A stretch of 47,833 nucleotides of DNA, filler included, from Jimgerdemannia flammicorona (lineage: Eukaryota): NCBI GenBank assembly GCA_003990765.1. It is 2 parts of 2 records of this genome, joined end to end, with 100 filler letters (N's around TTAATTAATTAA, not from the genome) between each part and the next. Parts side by side here need not be neighbours in the genome. Positions count along the whole stretch, not along the records: positions 23,973 to 47,833 come from RBNJ01001051.1; 1 more part is not named here. One strand, given 5' to 3'. Shown here piece after piece: positions 39,008 through 47,833 of the stretch. A model generated the notes under the pieces. The model worked only from the letters and a program-made list of their open reading frames with translations, had not been told where the DNA came from and did no database searches. The translations under genes and the position numbers were made by a program. Every line of letters starts with the position of its first letter. Positions within the stretch are counted from its first letter, which is position 1.

Positions 39008-40067
39008 ACCAGAAGAAGGGTGTCCCAAGGAACTACACTCTAAAGAAAGCTCCTCAGACCATCAAGGTACAAGAAGATCTCATCTGAAAAGAATATCAGA
39101 AAGCTCATCAAGGACAGGCGAATATAGAAGAAAAGTTGCAAACAATGCACCAACATTGGCCCAACCTCAGAACACAAGTCTGGGACATAGTTAAGAAATA
39201 TGACACCTGCCAGAAGTACCAAGGAAGGAAGAACTATCAAGCACCATTGCAACCAATTCCCCCACCCACTCACATCTTTCAAAGATGGAGAGTAGATGTA
39301 ATCAGACCTCTACCAGTTACACTAAGAAGAAATAAATTTATTCTTGTATTTGTAAAACATCTGACCAAGTGGCCTGAGGCTTTCCCAATGGAAATCACAG
39401 ATGCCTTAACCATTGTAGGCCTTCTCTATAGACTCACACTCAGATATAGACCCCCAGAAGAACTTATCTCTAACTAAGGCACAGAATTCATCAACAACAT
39501 AATTACAAGTTATGCCTGAATTCACAAATCCACCTCAAACAAACTACATTATACTACCCTCAGATCAATGGTATGACAGAAAGAATGAACCAGACCATCA
39601 AGAAAGGACTTGCTCAAGTCAATCCTACTGATTGGGACCTCTGCTTATCTGAGATCCTATGGGAAATTCAGAACACCCCTGCTGCCTCTACCAAACAAAA
39701 GCCATTCAAAATGATGTTTGCCAAGAGAACCCAAACTGCTGACCATGAGAATCTTGGAGACCTCCTCAAGAAGGCAGAACAGTTATGTAATCAGGCCCAA
39801 GGACAGATTATCAAAGCCTAAGAAAGACAAAAGAAGTATTATAATCAGAAACAGAAAGATCAGGAGATCAAGATTGGTAACCAAGTACTAGTTTGAAGAA
39901 GTATAATTGAAACAAACTTTGCCACCAAACTGGAGTCCAAATGGGAAGGACCATATCTTGTATACAATATCAGAGAAGCCAGCATCTATATAAGAAGTAT
40001 AGATGGATGCATCTTAAGAACTCCAGTCCACATCAATTGCCTCAAGATATACCTATACAAACCATGA
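39004..40067 (+). pseudogene. Gypsy-2 integrase
   Basis: WPNLR..YDTCQK, VDVIRPLP, LTKWPEAF, NGMTERMNQT, KWEGPY; one internal frameshift near 39520. Confidence 0.9.
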
Positions 40068-40570
40068 CTCAAAGGATAGATCAATGCCTCCAGACCCTTA
40101 TCCTCGGCTCTTTCCAAGCCCTGCCAATTCCCCTGCTCCAGTTCCATCAACTTGAAGAAACCCCTGTACAGTTGATCCAGAAATATCAAGAGAACCTTGC
40201 CATTGCCCAGAGGCTGCTTCAGATCCACCAGCTATAAGCCTTCTACAATATTGGACAGCTATTGATAGAACAACCTTACCTAAGAAGCCCAGCTGGACTT
40301 ATTCTCAGAGAAGTAAGAACTGCCAAATGAATCTACACCTTGTACAATCAAAATGTTGGAGCCCTGGTGCAGTCTCACTTCTGCCTTAGTGATATTCATC
40401 TGATGAATGAGACTACCTTCCAGAGTATCCTCCAACAACTAGACATCCTATTTCCTGAAGAGCAAGAAGAATATCCAGAGCTAGAATGGAGTGACCCTGG
40501 TATAGACAATGAAGATGATGGGACAGGTATAGATGCAGAAGATGCTTATGCTTATTGGAATGATGACTAA
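40064..40570 (+). pseudogene. Accessory ORF after integrase (about 168 aa, acidic tail, unknown function)
   Basis: ATG 40064 overlaps the integrase TGA; one frame to TAA 40570 with two C>T-type stops (near 40235 and 40328). Confidence 0.72.
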
Positions 40571-40609
40571 AGAATAGCCTGAGACAGACTACTCTTTAGT
40601 GGGAGCTGA

Positions 40610-41823
40610 TGTGACAGACCACAAAACATAGCAATCTTGAGACCCAATCAGATGATGTGAACATTAGCCTAGTATAGTAACCAGCAACTATTGCTGCAGA
40701 GAATGTATAAATAACCCAGATAGCTAAAGAAAGGAAAAACCCTAACAGTGGCTGTCACCCTGACAGTGGCTGTCACCCAGACAGTGAATGTTACCCCATA
40801 AATAGCACTCTATAGTTAGTCAGATAGTAACCAAGATAGTAATCACAATGTATAAATTACCTCAGAGACAAGAGTGAATAAACCTCAGTTCCAAAACACA
40901 AAGCAAAAGACAAGTCTACCTACTATACTTCAAGAGATACACCTGCCAAAAGCCACTTGATCCAGGAAGGATTGCAATACTTAGGAGAAATGCCTGCTCT
41001 ATAGCCACTACTAGGAGATTGTGAGCTTTGCCCCTTTCCCACTCCAGTCTACTTTCTGATACAAAGAATGAGTCCATTTTTGATTCGCTTGTCAGATAAG
41101 TCTGAAGATTTACTGCTTAAGTTCAAGGAAGAACTTCACTGCCAGTAGAAGCTGCTGATTCAAAAGAATCTGCACCATCATATTCCCAGAAGAGCTGCTG
41201 ATTCAGAATAATCTGCACCATCCAAGTAGTATTCCCAGTTGAAGCTGAATCTGTATCAACTACCATTTTCAAGTTATCTGCATTCTTAGTTGAAGCTGCC
41301 TATTCAGGAAGAATCTGCAACATCCAAGTCATCCAAGTTATCTACACCATCTGAGTTATTCATTGTTTCCAGTGAGCTCATGTAGTTGAGTTATCTGCCA
41401 AATTGCATAAGAAGTCTACCTATGCTATACAGAGATTGTCACACCAAGATTATCATGCTATACAGAGATTGTTGTATCAAGATCATCGCACTACATAGAG
41501 ATCATCACACTAAGACCATCACTCAGAAATCGCATACTTTTGGAGATTGCCTCACTATATAAAATTGTGCCATTCCCAGTTAACCCAAGAAGGAAATCCA
41601 TTCACACACAAATTGTCACTACATCCAGAGAACTGTTCTAATTAGGAAATAGACATACAAATTACTTGCAGATATCCAGCTTTGACTATTATACTATTAA
41701 ACACCAAGGACCTCAGAAATCTTAGAACATTTTGTTGCTTTTTGACAAAGTAACTGAGGGCTCAAGCTAAACTACATCAATCTCCAATCTTGTAATTTGC
41801 CTCCATTGAGCCAGCACATTACA
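40610..41823 (+). repeat. Gypsy-2 3' LTR (1214 bp)
   Basis: TGTGACAGACC...CACATTACA. Confidence 0.95.
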
Positions 41824-42279
41824 ATAGTTGTTGAGAATTCAGAGCTAAAAGATCTTTTTTGCCTTCTGAAACTGAACATTACTACTCCTTCTGCTAGAAC
41901 TATATAAAGTGAAATTAGACTAACCTTTTAATGAAAATATGATATCATCAAAATTACACCACAGATAAGATTTAATATTTTAATATTGAATATAAATTTG
42001 AATATTTTAAAGTTGAATAGCTTTGAATTAACCTCATTTTAATTTATTTATTTGGAAATAGAATATATCTAGTCAAATATCCTTCACTATTGATATATGG
42101 ATATTACTCAATATACACACATTTCTTGTACTGGATTTATCAAAATTAGTAACTCAACTATATATTGATTGATTTTGTCAAGCTGTCAGGATCTCATTCA
42201 GGTGAAAATCTTACTGATGCCTTTGTAAACTGTGTTTAAGATTTTGATATACAGACAAAGATATGTAGAGAACAAGTCT

Positions 42280-42520
42280 TTCAAAAAGATCATATTTTAA
42301 AAAGGTTGAGTTTTTAAAAAAGGTTGGGTTTTTGAAAAAGGTCAGGTTTTCAAAAAAGGTCAGGTTTTCAAAAAAAAAGGTTGGGTTTTTGAAAAAGGTT
42401 GGGTTTTTGAAAAAGGTCAGGTTTTTGAAAAAGGTCAGGTTTTTGAAAAAGATTGATAGTTGGATTTTCAAAAAAGGTCAGATTTTTGAAAAAGGTCAGA
42501 TTTTCAAAAAAAGATCATCT
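42280..42520. repeat. About 18-bp minisatellite inside the hAT transposase region
   Basis: Tandem TTTTTGAAAAAGGTCAGG / TTTTCAAAAAAGGTTGGG variants. Confidence 0.9.
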
Positions 42521-44379
42521 TACATTTGAATTATTGATTTTCTACTCTAGATATTAGCTATAATAATAGATAATACATCCAACAATACTACATTTTTTCA
42601 AACAATTAGGATAGAGTTTAATCATACTAGTTTCAACTATTAGCCAATATAATATATATACTGCCTGACTCATATCATTAATTTGGTTGTTCAGGACTTT
42701 TTAGTCTATTTAAAAGCTAATGATAATGTGAGTGAAGATGGTTCTGGAGAAATAATTTCAAAGCTTTGATTAATTATTATCAAGATCCAGTTATCACTAC
42801 AATGTTGAGAGAGATTTACTATATAATATAAAGCTTTTGGAGTCTGCAATCCAAAAGAACTTATTTTGGATATTAAAACTCAATAGAATTCAATATATTT
42901 GATGGTTGAATAGGTCTTAGAATTATCAGAGGTAAGCTGATTATATTATATTTAATTTTTTTATTTTTCAGTTTTTCTTCAAATAATCTAATGAATTAAT
43001 TTATTAATAGTCATTAATCTCAACAGTTATAGCTGATAAAGATTTGCAAAAATATGCTATAGAAGACTATACTTAGCAGATGCTAAAAAACATTGTTGAT
43101 ATACTAAAGTAATTTAAATAAGCAATAGATCTTATAGCTTAGCATAAATATTCAATGATTTATTCTACTGTTTCTATTTATAACTTTCTAATAGAAATGT
43201 TGGAGGATAATGATCAAGAAATTTGAAAACATACAGAAGAGCTGAATATCATTTATCTGATACTAACTGTAGCTATTATTAAGTTGAAGATATATATATT
43301 ATTCAATAACAAATACTCCAATTTATTATATTGATACTGGTAAGGGAATATTTTGATATCAGAGACAACATAAATCCATTTCAAAATTCATTTATTGGTC
43401 ACTACTAATATATTTTAAATTTTATTTTATTTTATTTTTTAATAAAAACCAGTACTTGATCCTAGGCTTAAGCTAGAATATTATTTATTATATGATTGAG
43501 AAGACATTTGAATTGAAGAGACCAAAGATAAACTTCATACAATTTATAATAAAAACTATACTTCTCTATCTGGATCAATTAATTGAACAAGTTCTGAAGA
43601 TCATAAAGTAGAAGATAACATCAATACTATTCTATATAAATATATATATATTTAACAAAAGATAAAAACTGATGACAAATTCTGAGCAAGAGGTAGATGC
43701 TTATTTGAAAAGTGAAACTGTTAAATTTCAAGCAGGAGTTGATACATTATCTTAATGACAAGTGAGTTGGGAATTTATATTTGAATAAGATCAATTTGAA
43801 ATATTATTTGAGTTTCTCTAATTAATTTAATTGATTGAGAATATTAGGGCCATAGTAGAGATTTCTCAAATCTAGCAAAAATGGCATATAACTACTTAGC
43901 TATCTCAGCAACAAGTGCTATAATTGAGAGAGTTTTTTCAAGTAATAAAGATCTTATAGTGGCTAAAAGAGGTACTTTAGACCCTAAAACAATTCATGAA
44001 TATATGTGTTTAAAGGTATAATAATCAGTCTAGTATTTCAATAATAATAGCTAATCTCAAATCTTGAAATATAGTTAAATTTCAAAATACCAAATAAATA
44101 TAATACTCAGGTATTATATTATACAAGTATGATCTAGAACTTATAGATACACTATATTTAAATATAATTTCTGAATATATATCTGATTGTTATATTCAAA
44201 TTTGATTTCTGTCATTTTCAGCTCTAACAAGATAAGTGAGATATTATTGTATCTGCCCAGGAGTACTAGAGATAGATGATAAGTAGTATAAATAGCATAA
44301 TATATAAAATTTTTAATATATTCAAAGCTTAAGGATATATATTATATATACTTGATTACTATATCTAAAATACTTATAC

Positions 44380-44870
44380 TTGCAAGCTCACTAGCCTGTA
44401 AGTCTGCAAGCAATAAGTATAAGCTGAGAGCTTTAAATATTATAATAAGTACAAGCCTACAATTCTGTAAGCAATAAGTATAAGCCAAGAGCTTTAAATA
44501 TTGTAGTGAGTGTATGCTGCAATCCTGTGAGCAATAAGTATAAGCTGAGAGCTTTGAATATTATAACAAATATAAGCCAAGAGCTTTGAATATTGCAACA
44601 AGTATAAGCCTGCAATCCTGCAAGCAATAAGTATAAGTTGAGAGCTTCAAATATTGTAGTGAGTATATGTCACAATCCTATAAGCAATAAGCATAAGTTA
44701 AGAGCTTTAAATATTACAATAAGTATAAGCTGAGAGCTTTGAATATTGCAACAAGTATAAGTCCACAATCCTGCAAGCAACAAGCATAAGCCAAGAGCTT
44801 CAAATATTATAATAAGTATAAGCCTGCATCTCATAAGCAATAAGCATAAGCTGAGAGCTTTGAATATTGT
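44380..44870. repeat. Composite minisatellite in the hAT 3' region
   Basis: Interleaved units AAGTATAAGCTGAGAGCTTTGAATATT and CAATCCTGCAAGCAAT. Confidence 0.85.
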
Positions 44871-45099
44871 ATAGGTAAAATATATATAAATAAGCTGGCT
44901 TTAATAATAAAAAACAAAACAAAAATAAAAAATAACCTCAACTTATAAAAAACTTTAATTCTATATTAATTATCTTTCTGGAGTCTTTGAGAATATGAAC
45001 TATACTATCAACAAGGTTGTCATCTAGTTGGATGATGAGGAATCTAAGACTGATGATAAATATAAGAAGAAGAAGATTGAAGAAGCAATCAAATAATTT

Positions 45100-45390
45100 A
45101 TCTCAAAGACAGCTCCTGAAGCTATCTCTCAGGCTACCCCTGAAGCCTCTACTTTTAAGGCCCCTGAAGCTTCCACTCCTGAGACCCCTGAAGCTACTAC
45201 TACTACTACCCAAGCCACCACTCAAGCCCAAGCTACTATTTAAGTACAAGCTGCCACTCTAGCCTAAGCTGCCACCTAAGCCCAAGCTGCCACCTAAGCC
45301 CAAGTTGCTACCTAAGCCCAAGCCACCACCCTAGTCTAAGCCACTGTCCAAGCCACTGCCCAAGCTCAAGCTACTACTGCCACACCTCCA
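45100..45390 (+). repeat. Short in-frame-like repeats (CCTGAAGC; 18-bp CCCAAGCTGCCACCTAAG)
   Basis: Unit lengths are multiples of 3 and read as PEA../QAATQA repeats; possibly a relic ORF carried by the hAT. Confidence 0.6.
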
Positions 45391-45900
45391 AAAACTAAAG
45401 ATTGACCTCATATAAGCTGTAATAATTGCAGAAGATATGAAAAACTATATCATACCTTTGTCAAAATCTGTCAATAACTCAATCCATTAATCTCTGATCT
45501 TCCACTGAGAAAGAGGTCATATAATAATGCTTGCCAGATAGCTACTGCTATGGCCAGGCATGGCTGAGATCAGGACTAGGAGTGAGAATTTCAAAAATAT
45601 ACATCAGTTATGTATGAATTTCAGTTAGGTGTAAATTTCAGTTATGTGTGAATTTCAATTATATATTTATATGTAATGTGCCTTTCAAATAAAGAACTGG
45701 TATAATTAGTAAATCACCAAGAATCTCAAATTGACATTTAATTCAATTTGACTAATTTGAATTGGACTCTTAATTTGATTCAAATCAAATTGAATTAGAC
45801 CTCAATTTAATTTGAATTCAATTTGATTTGAATTTAATTTGAATACAAAAATCCCCAATTCAATTCAATTTGAATTGATTCAATTTATTTGAAAGCACTA

Positions 45901-47660
45901 GTGGTTTGAATACTACCAGTTCCAAGTCATGCCTTTTGGTTTGACCAATGTACCAGCAATATTCCAATATCTGATAAATGACATCTTTGGACCACTACTT
46001 AATATTTATATCCTTGTGTATATTGATAATATACTAATCTATAGTGAAACAGTAGAGTTACACTATACCCACCTCAGGCAGATACTAACCCTTCTGTAAG
46101 AATACCAGCTCAATACCAAGATGAGTAAATATAAGTTCTATCAAGATCAGATTGAGTACTTAGGACATATCATCTCTGCTGAAGGTATCAATATGGACTC
46201 CTGAAAGATATAAGCCCTCAAGGATATTTCTATCCCTACTACTCTTAAGCTACTCCAGCACTTTCTGGGTATTACTAGTTACTACTGAAGGTTTATCTAA
46301 GAATACTCTGCTATTGCAGCCCCACTGACCAGTCTGGCCCACAAAGAAGTGAACATCAAGACTGAATAGACCCTCAAGTGTACCTAGGCTATAGACCATC
46401 TCAAGAGACTTCTTACTGAGGTCCCAGTGCTAATTACACCTGACCTTACTAGGCTATTTACTCTGATCACAGATGTCTCTGATATTGCTATTAGGATAGT
46501 GCTTAGTCAAGAAGATCACCCAGTAACCTACCTTTCCCAAAAGCTCAAGTCAGCTGAGACTCAGTATACTACTCATAAGAAGAAACTCCTGGCCATTGTT
46601 ACTGCACTCCAGAAATGGCACCATTTCCTCCTAGAACAACTATTTGTAGTCTATACTAATTACTATACTCTGTAGTATATTTATACATAGCCTATACTAA
46701 CCTATAGATAAGCCAGCTAGATGAAAATTATTATTAACTTTGATATAGAAATCAAGTATATCCCAGGCAAAACCAATCATATGGCTGATGGTTTCTCCAG
46801 GTATATAGAAGATGAACTTATCTTTATGGTCAAGGTAATTAGAGACCTTATCCAGATAATCAAGAATGGCTACCAATAGGACAGCCTTCTGGTGAAATTT
46901 CTTCAATTCTGTCAAGACCCAGAGACTGAGGTCCCAGAACATATAAGGCAAATGTTCAAAAGATTCACTTATTATAATAGACTTATCTACAGGACTATGA
47001 CAGAGTGGTTGTATCCAATAATAATACTCTGTGGCTCAAGATTATATAGAAACTCTATGATACTTCTGTAGCAGGACATTTTGGTTTTGAAAAGACCTAC
47101 AATCTCCTCTCAAGAGAGTTCTACTGGTCAAAGATAACTAAGAATATCAAAGACTTTGTGGCCTCATATGAGATATACCAAAGATTCAAAAGTAATAACA
47201 AGCTACCTATAGGACTTCTGCAATCTCTGCCTATCTCAAGTTATAACTAGAACCAGATTGCAATGAACTTTATTGTCCAGCTCCCCAAGACTAAGGTAGG
47301 ATGAGATGACATTGTAGTATTCATAGACTGTCTAAACAAATAAGCTCATTTTTCACCCACCAAGACCACTGCTACAGTATTAGAGATTGCTGAGATCTTT
47401 CTCAATCAAGTATTCAGACTATATAGCATGCCTAGCACCATTGTATCTGACCAAGATACCAAGTTTACAAGCAACTTCTGAAAGGTATTCTTCTCTCTCC
47501 ATAGAACTAAGCTGAAGTTCTTCACTGCCTACTACTCCCAGACTAATGGTCAAATCAAGAAAACCAATAAGACTCTCAAGCAGATACTTAGCATCTTCTG
47601 CTGTTACAAGTAAAATAATGGGACAAATACCTAGTCCATACCAAGTTTGCCTATAATAAT

Positions 47661-47662
<2 letters not shown>
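45901..47662 (+). mobile_element. Third Ty3/gypsy pol fragment (RT C-half, RNase H, integrase), degenerate
   Basis: QVMPFGLTN, LVYIDNILIYS, FTLITDVSDIAI, KKLLAIVTALQKW, GHFGFEKTY, IVSDQDTKFTSNF, AYYSQTNGQ. Confidence 0.9.
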
Positions 47663-47714
<52 letters not shown>

Positions 47715-47833
47715 GTCACTTGGACTGCCCTTTATTACCGAAGTCTATAGTTCTAACAATACAATATCATCCCCACCCTCAACCAATGCCCCGTGGACTC
47801 AACCCTCCCCTCTCAACCTTCCCCTGTTTTTGC
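47663..47833 (-). mobile_element. 3' end of a poly(A) retroposon (LINE-like) inserted in the gypsy integrase
   Basis: 49-nt poly(T) on plus (47663-47711) with minus-strand AATAAA (47736-47731) about 20 nt upstream of the tail; runs off the window. Confidence 0.7.

Larger units (their letters stand above)
31861..41823 (+). mobile_element. Full-length Ty3/gypsy LTR retrotransposon (Gypsy-2), inactivated
   Basis: LTRs 31861-33091 and 40610-41823; TSD ATAG (31857-31860 / 41824-41827); gag-PR-dUTPase-RT-RH-IN plus an extra ORF. Confidence 0.96.
31122..45900 (+). mobile_element. Degenerate hAT DNA transposon interrupted by Gypsy-2
   Basis: Imperfect TIRs TAGTGCTT..AATAAATTGAATCAA at both ends with AATTCAAATT-type subterminal repeats; BED-finger-like remnant about 31520-31670; core motifs SFTIDIW, ITIDNTSN, IHCLTHIINLVVQD, DIKTQ*NSIY; dimerization domain YLAISATSAIIERVFS (about 43890-43940). 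No matching 8-bp TSD. Confidence 0.85.

Noticed and set aside
40064..40570. Envelope gene call for the post-integrase ORF
   Set aside because: Too short; no signal peptide, furin site or transmembrane helix.
42211..42529. ORFs with FFKNLT / KKVRFL repeats
   Set aside because: Translation of an 18-bp minisatellite.
44380..44870. Repeat array resembling CRISPR
   Set aside because: No unique spacers, degenerate units, eukaryotic context, no cas genes.

Overview
Eukaryotic, most likely fungal, repeat-rich window; an early-diverging (Mucoromycota-like) host is only a guess. A 100-nt scaffold gap (23873-23972) means the two halves need not be contiguous. Left half: a decayed Ty1/copia element interrupted by a full-length Ty3/gypsy element (Gypsy-1, 1253-13969, 2421-bp LTRs), then CpG-retaining host DNA with one intact two-exon UbiA-superfamily prenyltransferase/terpene-cyclase gene (17024-18160, minus). 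Right half: a decayed L1/Tx1-like LINE, a hAT DNA transposon interrupted by a second, diverged but related Ty3/gypsy element (Gypsy-2, 31861-41823), a third gypsy pol fragment and the poly(A) end of another LINE-like insertion. The large transposons are riddled with C>T/G>A stops. Comparing the two gypsy elements reveals a shared, retrovirus-like design: tRNA-Pro PBS, 4-bp TSDs, Gag-PR-[Cys/His clusters + F-box-like motif]-dUTPase, a -1 slippery site plus stem before RT, integrase as a separate ORF coupled by an ATGA stop-start overlap, and an apparently homologous accessory ORF that lies after integrase in one element and inside the LTR in the other.
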